A DNA stretch of 64,000 nucleotides, from assembly GCA_964291285.2 (NCBI GenBank), contig OZ219786.1, forward strand, positions 96,001 through 160,000, in the 5' to 3' direction. The notes under the pieces are model-generated. The model ran no database searches, had not been told where the DNA came from, and saw only the letters and a list, made by a program, of their open reading frames with translations. Both the position numbers and the translations under genes were made by a program. Below, piece by piece: positions 7,701-16,508 of the stretch. The stretch is from Alphaproteobacteria bacterium. GTDB taxonomy: Bacteria > Pseudomonadota > Alphaproteobacteria > Bin95. How positions within the stretch are numbered: the first letter of the stretch is position 1; each line of letters opens with the position of its first letter.

Positions 7701-10621
7701 CGGGCATGGGCCGGGTCTCGCGCATGATCTGCCTGAAAGCCTGCGCCGCCGCCATCGTGGTTGCGCTGTTGCAGGCGGTGCTGACGACCGCAGCGTTCCA
7801 CTGGTGGGCCGAGGAGCCGCTGACGGGCGAGCTCGACCGCAAGGCGCTCGCAGTCGGCCAGGCTATGAAGGCCGAGATGGAGCGTGCCGCCCGGGTCGGC
7901 ATCCCGCTCGAGGAGCTCCGGGGAGTCGAGCCATTCTTCCAGCGCTTCCTCGACGACAACCCGGACATACGCTTCATCGCAATGACCACGCCGGACAAGG
8001 AGCCGGTCTATTTCAGCGGCGTCGCGCGCGCCCGGCTGGAGAAAGTCCTTGAGTCGGCGGGGACCGCATTTGAGGAGCGCCGCCTGGCGGGAGGTATGAC
8101 GGAAGCCCGGAGCCGTCATACCTTCGGCGACCTTTCTGTCGATATCCGTCCGATAGGTCCGGCGGACTATCCACTCGCCCTCCTGCATGTCGCGGTCGAA
8201 AAGGGCTTCGTGACGCATGTGCTGCGTCGCAATTGGCCGGGCTTTGCCATTGCGGGCGTGGTCGGCATCGTCGTCGGGCTGCTGTGCACGGTCGTTCTGA
8301 CATTGCGGGTCGGCCGGCGGTTGCAACGATTCGATAACGGAATCGCGCAAGCGGCCGGCGGCCACCCGGTGCTGCTCGCGGATCTGGGGCAGCGGGACGA
8401 AATCGGCTATGCCGCCCGCGCATTCAATGCGGTGCTGCACGGCCTCCGCACGCGATATGACGAAACCCTGGATCAGGCGGAGGACGCCCGGGACGCCGCG
8501 GTCGGCCGGACGGTGCGGGATTCGCTGGAACGCATTCGCCGGGGGCTGGTCCAGAGGCTGGAGCCCGCCTTCCGCGACATTCCCCCGACGCCGCCCACCG
8601 CGGTCGGCCGCTTCGGCCGGAATGTCTCGATACGCCTGCGTCTGACGGCAATCATCAGCCTTGCGGGGCTTCTGCTGGCGATAGGCCTCGGCTATGGCAG
8701 CATCGTGCGTGAGCGCCTTCTTGCCGAAAGCTATAACGAAGACCGCCAGACGGCATTGAAGACCGTCTGGAAGACCCTGTCGCAGCGCGAGACGGACACG
8801 GTCGCACGCCTGCTGGCCCCGTTGCGCGCCAACGAAGACGTCCGGGCCGCGCTTCTCGCCGGCGATACACTGCTTGCCGCGCGCCTGATCGAGGATCTTT
8901 CCGTGGGGAGCGGAATTGAACGGCTCGTGACGTTCGACCCCTCGGAAGGGGCAGGGGGGCGCCTATTCGTAGGCCGCAACCCCCTGTCGCCGCGCGTGGC
9001 CAAGCGAATCGTCGATACCGGGACGCGGGCAAGCGGCGGCGACATCGACGCCGACGGACAACCGGTCTGGACGGTTGCGGAGGCCCTCGGAGACCCGGAC
9101 CGGGGCGATGTGTTGATCGTTGCCGCAAGCCTCCCGCTTGCCTCCGCGGTGCAGGAAGCGGGGGCGGTCCTCGGTGGAGAAGCCTTTCTGGTCGGGAGCG
9201 AGGGCGGACTGATCTTCGGCACCAACCCGCCGCTCTGGCAAGGTCTGGACCAGAACAGTGCGGACTATGCCACGACGACAACGAACATCCCGGCCCTGAA
9301 CGGCGGGCGCCTTTCCGGCCTGCATGTCGTCTCCGATGTCAGCGAACTCGCCGCGCGGCAGCAGGCGCTGCGTATTGCCTATTTCGGAGCAGCGGCAGTT
9401 TTCGCCTGCATTGCCCTTTGGGCGCTCTATGCGAATCTGAGCGGCTCCCTGCAGCCGCTCGACCGTGTGATCGGCGTACTGGAGGCGCTCTCCGACGGCC
9501 GTCGCGGCGTGTGGCTCGAACAGGAGGCCGGCAGGGACGAAATCGCCCGCATCGCCAGGGCGGTCGAGGCGTATCGAAGTTCCCTGGGCGAGGTCGAACG
9601 CCTGTCAGCTGAGCGCCGCCGGGCGCAACGGCGGCGCGAACGCTTCCTGCGCCAGCAGATGGCCGGACTGACGTCGGCTGTGGGCGCGGAGGCCCGCCAG
9701 GCCGTTACGGACCAGCTCGCCGAGCTTGAACGGGAAGGCGCCAGCGACGAGTTCGAAGCTCTCACGCTCGTGTTCGAACAGATGGCGCAGCGCATTCGCG
9801 AACAGCATGGACGCCTGACCGAGCTGGTCGAGGAACTGCGCGAGGCGCTCAAGCACAAGGAGCGCCTGGTCGCGATCGAGCGCGAGCTGTCCATCGCGCA
9901 CGACTTGCAACTCTCGGTGCTGCCGCGCGAGACGCCGCCGCAGCGTACCGTCGAGATCGCGGCGCAGATGCTCCCGGCCAAGGAGGTCGGCGGCGACTTC
10001 TACGACTATTTCGCCATCGACGAACAGCGCATCGGACTCGTCATCGCGGATGTCTCGGGCAAGGGCATCCCGGCCGCCTTCTTCATGCTGATTGCGCGCA
10101 CCCTGCTCAAGGCTACCGCTCTGATCGGCGAGTCGCCGGGCCGGGTGCTGACCGCGTTGAACGACATGCTGGAGGCAGAGAACGAGCAGATGATGTTCGT
10201 GACCGCCTTCTATGCAGTCGTGAATACCGAAACCGGCCATGTGACCTTCGCCAACGCCGGACATAATCCGACTTACCGGATCGACGGTGGGGGGCAGCTA
10301 TCGACTCTGCCGATGGATCCCGGCCTGGCGCTCGCCATCATGCCGGGATTCGATTTCGAGGAGGGAGAGACGACGCTGGCGCCGGGCGACACGCTGTTCC
10401 TCTACACGGACGGCGTGAACGAGGCCTTCAACGAAGCGGGCGAACAATTCGGCGAACCGCGCCTGGAAGCGGAACTGGCGGCCCATGCAGACGCCTCGCC
10501 GGCCATCATTTGCGATGCGATGCGCGCCTCGGTCGAGGAATTCTCGACAGGAGTCGAGCAGAGCGACGACATCACCACGGTGGCGGTGCGCTATCTGGGA
10601 AACGGTCCGGCCGCGTCCTGA
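7697..10621 (+). CDS. Membrane sensor PP2C/SpoIIE-family Ser/Thr phosphatase with two TM-sensor-TM-HAMP modules
   Basis: EVGGDFYD, IADVSGKGIPAA, NAGHNP, LYTDGVNEA, QSDDIT PP2C motifs; two HAMP-like RDEIG/RDEIA segments. Confidence 0.9.
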   Translation: MTGMGRVSRMICLKACAAAIVVALLQAVLTTAAFHWWAEEPLTGELDRKALAVGQAMKAEMERAARVGIPLEELRGVEPFFQRFLDDNPDIRFIAMTTPDKEPVYFSGVARARLEKVLESAGTAFEERRLAGGMTEARSRHTFGDLSVDIRPIGPADYPLALLHVAVEKGFVTHVLRRNWPGFAIAGVVGIVVGLLCTVVLTLRVGRRLQRFDNGIAQAAGGHPVLLADLGQRDEIGYAARAFNAVLHGLRTRYDETLDQAEDARDAAVGRTVRDSLERIRRGLVQRLEPAFRDIPPTPPTAVGRFGRNVSIRLRLTAIISLAGLLLAIGLGYGSIVRERLLAESYNEDRQTALKTVWKTLSQRETDTVARLLAPLRANEDVRAALLAGDTLLAARLIEDLSVGSGIERLVTFDPSEGAGGRLFVGRNPLSPRVAKRIVDTGTRASGGDIDADGQPVWTVAEALGDPDRGDVLIVAASLPLASAVQEAGAVLGGEAFLVGSEGGLIFGTNPPLWQGLDQNSADYATTTTNIPALNGGRLSGLHVVSDVSELAARQQALRIAYFGAAAVFACIALWALYANLSGSLQPLDRVIGVLEALSDGRRGVWLEQEAGRDEIARIARAVEAYRSSLGEVERLSAERRRAQRRRERFLRQQMAGLTSAVGAEARQAVTDQLAELEREGASDEFEALTLVFEQMAQRIREQHGRLTELVEELREALKHKERLVAIERELSIAHDLQLSVLPRETPPQRTVEIAAQMLPAKEVGGDFYDYFAIDEQRIGLVIADVSGKGIPAAFFMLIARTLLKATALIGESPGRVLTALNDMLEAENEQMMFVTAFYAVVNTETGHVTFANAGHNPTYRIDGGGQLSTLPMDPGLALAIMPGFDFEEGETTLAPGDTLFLYTDGVNEAFNEAGEQFGEPRLEAELAAHADASPAIICDAMRASVEEFSTGVEQSDDITTVAVRYLGNGPAAS

Positions 10622-11619
10622 CCCCACTGCCGGTCGAGGCTTGTAGCAAGAATGTGCTCGACCAGGGCCTCCGAGGATATGCCTGCACGCGCCGCGCTTT
10701 GCGCGAAGGCCATCGCACCGCCGATCGAGCAGGCGAGATTGAACTCGAGGAAGGCATGTCCCGAGGGACCGAACCGGAAATCGCAGCGCAGATAGTCGTA
10801 TGGCTCCACCGCTCTCGCGAACCGCAGGGCATCTTCAACAATGGGCTTGAGCCAGGGCTCATCACCGGGGAACTCGCGTGTGAGGCCGGGTTCCAGCTTC
10901 CGTTTCTGACGGTGGGTGAACAGCCCGTAAGGACTGTCGCATGTCTGGGTAGCAGGGGGCAGGGCCACCGGCCCGTTATCGCCTACCAGGATCGGCACCG
11001 TCACGTCGAAGTCGCCGAAGACCTGCTCGACAAGGCACTCGTCGATGGTGGCCCCGAGAGCCGCGATCCGCGGTTCGAGAGCACCGAAATCCTCTTGCGC
11101 GCTCGAGGCGTCGATGCCTGTCGATGCGGCGCCAAAACGCGGCTTGGCGACATAGGGCCCGTCGAAGTCCGGCTTCCGCACCGGGCCGTTTCCCGCGAAC
11201 ACTTTCCCGTCCGGCGCCGGTATGCCGAGCGCCCGCGCCGCCAGCTTGCTCAGCCACTTGTCCTCAGCGAGCGCGCGAATGTTCGCCGGTGCGCCCATAC
11301 AGGCGATGCCGGCTTTCGCCGCCATAGCGGAGACGTAGATCTCGGAATTCCGGAACGGCGCAATGTTGTAGAGCGAGAAAACGTAATTCCGGCCTTCGAA
11401 GGCCTGGGGTACGACGTCGAGATCGGAACTGCTGTCGACATCCAGGCCGAGACCGTTTCGCAGCACATCCCAGATCTCATACTGGTAGGCCGGCTGCACG
11501 CCGTAATCCGGATGGATGTCTGGAGGCCTGGGTGTGTCGGGTGACGGCGCATGAGGCGCCAGATACAGGATTTTGAGCGCGGCGCGGCGTTTGTCGTCCA
11601 GACGTTTCAGGGCGATCAA
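10591..11619 (-). CDS. ATP-grasp ligase, D-Ala-D-Ala ligase-like (paralog 1)
   Basis: ALAEDKWLSK, PYVAKPRFGAASTGI, YLRCDFR, FLEFN ATP-grasp motifs. Confidence 0.8.
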   Translation of the reverse strand: MIALKRLDDKRRAALKILYLAPHAPSPDTPRPPDIHPDYGVQPAYQYEIWDVLRNGLGLDVDSSSDLDVVPQAFEGRNYVFSLYNIAPFRNSEIYVSAMAAKAGIACMGAPANIRALAEDKWLSKLAARALGIPAPDGKVFAGNGPVRKPDFDGPYVAKPRFGAASTGIDASSAQEDFGALEPRIAALGATIDECLVEQVFGDFDVTVPILVGDNGPVALPPATQTCDSPYGLFTHRQKRKLEPGLTREFPGDEPWLKPIVEDALRFARAVEPYDYLRCDFRFGPSGHAFLEFNLACSIGGAMAFAQSAARAGISSEALVEHILATSLDRQWGQDAAGPFPR

Positions 11620-12629
11620 GAATCGGCTCCGGTCTTTATGAATTGGGCGAAGCGCAGGATTTCCATGGGCGGATACACCTTCAGCTTGTGCGCCGTTTCC
11701 ATGTTGACCACGAAGGAGAACCGGGAGAGCGTTTCGATGGGGATGTCGCCGGGGTCCTTGCCGCCGGTGAGAATCTGCTCCGCCTTGAAGGCCGCGAATT
11801 GCCCGACCGCGTAGAGCGGGCTGACGAGCCCCGTCATGCAGTGCTGCCGGATCAGGGTCTCCACGCCGCAGAAGGTCGGCAGGCCGAGTTCAGTTGCAGT
11901 GCGGGTCACCAACTCGGCATGGGCGCCGAAGAAGTTGGACGGCGGGATATAGAGGAAATCGACTCCGGCCTGTTTCAGGCGCCGGAGCGCCGGCTCTATC
12001 TGGGCCGGGTCCCGTTCGACCTTGGGCTCCGTCGGGCTGTCGGAGACGAATTCGATGCCGGATTCCTCCACCAGCGTCCGCATGGAGGCCTCGGTGCGGC
12101 GCTGTGCGCCCGAGCTCTTGTCGTAGAGCATGCCGAGCTTCTCGAAGGGCATGTAGGTGCGCATCGCGTTGAGGCGCACGAGGTTCGAAACGACGTGCAT
12201 TGCCCCGGTGATGTTGCGCTTCGAAAGCATCGGCGCCGCCGGGTCCGGAGGCTGGGGCACCAGTTTCGACCGGGCAGGAAACGAGACCATCGAAAACACG
12301 ACGGGAATGTCGAGGACATGCTTCTGGGGATCGGCCTCTTCAAGCCGCCCGACGACCGCGCGCGTCACCGAGGTTGTCTGGGTATAGACGAGGTCGGGCT
12401 TGAGCGCCTTGATTTCCTCGACATAGCCCGGGAGGCGGGACCGGTCGTTCTCCATGTCGCGAAGGACGAAGTTGGCATCGACGCCGTTTGCCGTCAGGTA
12501 GTCGCGAAAGCCGTCATCCGCGCCTGACCCGGCGCGATGCACGATCATGTAGATGGTGAAGGGGTCGGCTTGGGAAGCCGGGGCCGCCACGGTCGAGATG
12601 GCGAACGCCAGCAATAGCACTCGTAACAT
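11616..12629 (-). CDS. Periplasmic solute-binding protein (ABC_sub_bind-like)
   Basis: Signal peptide MLRVLLLAFAISTVAAPASQA from ATG 12629; IPVVFSMV, AEQILTGGKDPGDIPIETLSRFSFVVNMETA C-terminal motif. Confidence 0.85.
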   Translation of the reverse strand: MLRVLLLAFAISTVAAPASQADPFTIYMIVHRAGSGADDGFRDYLTANGVDANFVLRDMENDRSRLPGYVEEIKALKPDLVYTQTTSVTRAVVGRLEEADPQKHVLDIPVVFSMVSFPARSKLVPQPPDPAAPMLSKRNITGAMHVVSNLVRLNAMRTYMPFEKLGMLYDKSSGAQRRTEASMRTLVEESGIEFVSDSPTEPKVERDPAQIEPALRRLKQAGVDFLYIPPSNFFGAHAELVTRTATELGLPTFCGVETLIRQHCMTGLVSPLYAVGQFAAFKAEQILTGGKDPGDIPIETLSRFSFVVNMETAHKLKVYPPMEILRFAQFIKTGADS

Positions 12630-12721
12630 GGGAGGCGGGTCCGCTGCGTTGCCGGTGGAAGGGTTGACAGCTATCATACGCTGGTTCCCTGTAATTTCGA
12701 CACACATCTGGCCAATTTGGG

Positions 12722-13732
12722 ATGCTCGAGCTGTTACAAATCGGCCCGGACCGGCGTGAGGAGCTGGATATCCTGTTTCTCGCCAAATATGCGGAGGACT
12801 GGACCGAACCGCCGCCCACAGTGCATCCGCGTTACGGGCGCGAGCTCTACACCAAGTTCGAGGTACTTTCGGTCCTGCGGGGCCTGGCGCGCTCTGTGGA
12901 GCCCTGCGCCAGCCTCGAGGCCTTCGAAGAACGCATGCGCCGCAAGCCGGCTCCCGACTACATCTTCCAGATCTACAACCGGGAGCCCGTACGCAACCCC
13001 GAGATACTGGTGTCCGCACTCTGCGCGCGCACGGGCGTTCCCTATCTTGGCAGCCCGCCCAATGTGCGCGCCATGGCAGAGGACAAGTGGATTACCAAGC
13101 TGATGGCCCGGGCCGCGGGCCTGTCGGTGCCCGAAGGCGCCGTGGCGGTCGCCAGGGCCGATCTTGACGAACCGCCCGGTTTCGACGGGCCTTATTTCGT
13201 CAAGCCCCGCTTCGGCGCCAACTCCGAAGGTGTCGATGAAGGCTCGATCTGCGATGGCTGGGAAGAAGCGCGGTCACGGGCATCGGCTCTGCTGGCGGCC
13301 GGTGAGGAGGCGCTGATCGAGACGCTGGCGCCCGGCCTCGACGTGACCGTGCCGGTGCTGGGCGGGCCTCTTGCGCTTCATCCCGTCGCCAACCATTCCG
13401 AACTGCGCGAAGGCGTGCAGACCGAAGGGCAAAAGCGCTTTCTGGAGCCCGGAAAGCGGGGCGAGCCGTTCGACGACGCCGCGCTTTGCGAAGAACTCCG
13501 GGAGGCGGCGGTTGCGTTCGCGAAGCTGGTGCAGCCCTGCGACTATCTCAGGGTCGATTTCCGGGTCGCGCCGGACCGGTCCTTCCGCCTGCTCGAGTTC
13601 AATGTCACCTGCAACCTGGCGACGGTCATGTCCATGAATGTCGGCGCAGGCGCCGCGGGCGTGTCGCATGCGGCGATGATCGAGCATTTCCTCTGCTACA
13701 GCATGCAGCGTCAGGGGCTGCTGGCGGCATGA
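12722..13732 (+). CDS. ATP-grasp ligase, D-Ala-D-Ala ligase-like (paralog 2)
   Basis: AMAEDKWITK, PYFVKPRFGANSEGV, YLRVDFR, LLEFN; aligns by eye with 10591-11619. Confidence 0.8.
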   Translation: MLELLQIGPDRREELDILFLAKYAEDWTEPPPTVHPRYGRELYTKFEVLSVLRGLARSVEPCASLEAFEERMRRKPAPDYIFQIYNREPVRNPEILVSALCARTGVPYLGSPPNVRAMAEDKWITKLMARAAGLSVPEGAVAVARADLDEPPGFDGPYFVKPRFGANSEGVDEGSICDGWEEARSRASALLAAGEEALIETLAPGLDVTVPVLGGPLALHPVANHSELREGVQTEGQKRFLEPGKRGEPFDDAALCEELREAAVAFAKLVQPCDYLRVDFRVAPDRSFRLLEFNVTCNLATVMSMNVGAGAAGVSHAAMIEHFLCYSMQRQGLLAA

Positions 13733-14481
13733 GGCTGCTGATTGTCCTGAACGGCGCTTTCCTTTGCGCCTTCGCGGTGACGATGGCGCTGATGATCCTG
13801 CTCAACCAGCAGAAGTTCTCCGACATCCTGCGCGGGCTGGACGATTCCCGGGTTTCGGTCGTCACGCTCGACACGTCCCGCCGGCTGCGGCAGGCCGTGG
13901 ACCTCGGGCTGCCTCTCAAGGACATCGCCGAGAGCCGGGCCATGGTGGAGGCGCTGGTCGCGGAGTATCCGGAACTTCAGTCCGTCAGCATTTTCGATGC
14001 GGGGGGCAGGCTGCTTGTGCATGGCGGCAACGAGTTGAGTGGCGGAGAGTCGGAGGCGCCCCGGGCGTGGAGCGCCGGCAACCGGGAGGCGGCCGGGGAG
14101 GTCTGGCGCATCGAGGACCCGGAATCCTTCGTGGTCGGCGCGCCCGTCATCAACAATTTCGGGAAGCTCGAGGGAGGGGTGGCGGTTCGCTACAGCAAGG
14201 CGCGCTTCAGCAGCATCGTTGAAGGATTGACGACCGAGCTCCTGGAAGCCGCGGTTCTCATCTTTATTGCCAGCGGACTGCTGGCGGTGCTGGGAACCGC
14301 CGCCGCGCTCTGGAGATTGACCAGGACCGCCCGTTATCTGCGTCAAAGTGTTGAAAACCTTCTGAAGCAGGATTCTGGCGAAACGCCGGCGGATACCGAC
14401 CTCGCCGAATTCGTTGGCTACAGCGCTTCCGTGCGGGAAACGGCGGCGACGCTGGCGGATGCCGAAAGGAACGTGCGGTGA
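13729..14481 (+). CDS. Membrane protein: TM-extracytoplasmic sensor-like domain-TM, no output domain
   Basis: ATG 13729 overlaps upstream stop; AVDLGLPLKDI...YPELQSVSIFDAGGRLL...PVINNFGKLEGGV. Confidence 0.75.
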   Translation: MRLLIVLNGAFLCAFAVTMALMILLNQQKFSDILRGLDDSRVSVVTLDTSRRLRQAVDLGLPLKDIAESRAMVEALVAEYPELQSVSIFDAGGRLLVHGGNELSGGESEAPRAWSAGNREAAGEVWRIEDPESFVVGAPVINNFGKLEGGVAVRYSKARFSSIVEGLTTELLEAAVLIFIASGLLAVLGTAAALWRLTRTARYLRQSVENLLKQDSGETPADTDLAEFVGYSASVRETAATLADAERNVR

Positions 14482-16508
14482 CCCCCGACCGCGACGACCG
14501 CCGACGGGCCCCGACCCTTGCGGGCATCGGCATCCGCATCGGTTTCGTCGCCGTGGTGGCTCTCGTGGCCGCCAATGCGTTCTTGGCCTGGATCGCGCTC
14601 GGCGCGGTCGAGACGAGGCTGGAGCCCGTCATCAAGGACAAGGCGCACGTCCTGGCCCGGTCGATTGCCAACGACCTCTACACGGCAGTGCGCCTCGATA
14701 TTCCGGTCCAGGGGCTGAGAGGTGTCGACGCCTATCTGGACGACCTGCTGACGGACCATCCGGAGGTTGCCTATCTCGCCGTGACCGACGCCGGGGGCAA
14801 GGTGCTGTTCTCGGCGGAGGCCAGCGGCGATGTAGAGGTCAGTTCCTACCCATTGGCCGCGAATGCCGGCACTTTCGTTTCGATCGGCTCCGACTACAAC
14901 ATCGCGCATCCCCTGGTTCATGGCGGCAAGCAGGTCGGACACGCAATGGTCGGGATAGACCGGCGCTATGTCCGCAACACCATGGCCGGCATTTTCACCG
15001 ATATCGGCATTTCGCTGTGTGTCGCCATCCTGATCGTTCTCGAACTCACCCTGCTGGTGCTGTCGCTTACGGTCGCCCGGTCCATCGGCCTGATGAGGCG
15101 GCTGATGCACGCCGTCAGCGAAGGGGACTTCTCGGCTTCCATAACCACGCGCGGACGGGACGATCTGGCCCGGGTCATCGATGCGATGAATGGCATCAAT
15201 ACCGAGATCAACCGGCGTTTCCGCGCATTGGTAGCCACCGGCGGCGCCGTCGAAAGGCTTCGGGAGGGGCGGGTGTTCGCCGAGGCGGGCGCCTACCGGC
15301 CCGTGCAGGTGCTGCGCGCCGGAGACGTGCAGTATCCGCTGTTCTTCTTCATTTTCGGCGTCGAGCTGTCGCGTCCGTTCTTCCCCCTCTTCGTGCGCGA
15401 CCTTTACGATCCCGCGCTCGGCATCGACGCCTCGATCGCGATCGCCATGCCGATGTCGGTCTGGGTGGTCGCGATGCTGTTCACGACGCCGCTCGCGCCG
15501 ACGCTGATCCGGCGCCTCGGCACGCGCAACACGCTGCTGCTCGGCATGGCGCCTACGAGCGTCGGCCTCATCGCGACGGCTTTCGCGACCGGGTTCATCG
15601 AACTCATTGCGTGGCGTTGCGTGACGGCGGCGGGCTTCGGCCTCGTCACCGCTGCAATTCTCGTCCGGCTCGCCATCACGGCGCCGGAACGGCGGCGCGC
15701 GCTCAATATCGGCGTGTTCGTCACGGCCACGGGCGGCGGCAGCATCTGCGCGACCGCAATCGGAGGCATCCTCGCCGAACGGCTGGGGTACGAGAACACC
15801 TTTATCGTCGGGGCGACTATCGTCTTCGTCGCCATGACGATCACCTACGGCTTCCTGTCGTCGGAGGAAGGGGTCGGGTCCAGCATTGGCACGCCGACCC
15901 AACGCAGGCGGCTGGGAATTTACGGCAGTCCGAGATTCATGACATTCATGGCCCTCTCGGCCCTGCCGTCACGGACCGTGCTCACCGGCTTCCTGTTCTT
16001 CCTGGTGCCGCTTTATCTCGATTCGCTCGATTTCGGCGGAGCGGCCATCGGGCGCACCATGATGGTCTATTTCCTGGTGCTGCTGGTCATGAACCAGGCG
16101 GCGGCGCTGATCGCCGACAGGTTCCAGAACCACGGCATGCTGATCGTCGTTGGCGGGATCTCGGTTGCAGCGGGCTGCCTGCTGTTCGTTTCCACGGCCG
16201 ACGCCTTGCTGCTGGCCTGCGGCGTTGCGCTGATCGGGCTCGGCCAGTCCTTCGTGATGACACCGCAAGTGGCTGTGCTGCCGACTTATTTCAGGTCCGA
16301 AACGGAGGCCTTTGGCACCGGCCCGGTAACGGCGGCGTTCCGGGTGGTGGAGCGCGCCGGCAGCATTGCCGGCCCCCTTCTTGCCGGGAGCATCGTTGCC
16401 TTCGCCGGGCTGCAGCATGCGGGCCGGCTGCTCGGCTACGGCATAGCGGTCACGACCCTGTTTCTGGCCCTGCTGCTTGTCGTTGGCGTGTTCACCCGCC
16501 GGCGCTGA
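14478..16508 (+). CDS. MFS transporter with N-terminal TM-sensor-TM-HAMP extension
   Basis: HAMP-like VSEGDFSASITTRGRDDLAR, then many TM helices with MFS-like LIRRLGTR, GGILAERLG, IADRF motifs. Confidence 0.85.
   Translation: MTPDRDDRRRAPTLAGIGIRIGFVAVVALVAANAFLAWIALGAVETRLEPVIKDKAHVLARSIANDLYTAVRLDIPVQGLRGVDAYLDDLLTDHPEVAYLAVTDAGGKVLFSAEASGDVEVSSYPLAANAGTFVSIGSDYNIAHPLVHGGKQVGHAMVGIDRRYVRNTMAGIFTDIGISLCVAILIVLELTLLVLSLTVARSIGLMRRLMHAVSEGDFSASITTRGRDDLARVIDAMNGINTEINRRFRALVATGGAVERLREGRVFAEAGAYRPVQVLRAGDVQYPLFFFIFGVELSRPFFPLFVRDLYDPALGIDASIAIAMPMSVWVVAMLFTTPLAPTLIRRLGTRNTLLLGMAPTSVGLIATAFATGFIELIAWRCVTAAGFGLVTAAILVRLAITAPERRRALNIGVFVTATGGGSICATAIGGILAERLGYENTFIVGATIVFVAMTITYGFLSSEEGVGSSIGTPTQRRRLGIYGSPRFMTFMALSALPSRTVLTGFLFFLVPLYLDSLDFGGAAIGRTMMVYFLVLLVMNQAAALIADRFQNHGMLIVVGGISVAAGCLLFVSTADALLLACGVALIGLGQSFVMTPQVAVLPTYFRSETEAFGTGPVTAAFRVVERAGSIAGPLLAGSIVAFAGLQHAGRLLGYGIAVTTLFLALLLVVGVFTRRR

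Noticed and set aside
12664-12700. TTGACA -35 box in the divergent SBP/ATP-grasp intergenic region
   Set aside because: No convincing -10 at 16-18 bp spacing, so no promoter was called.
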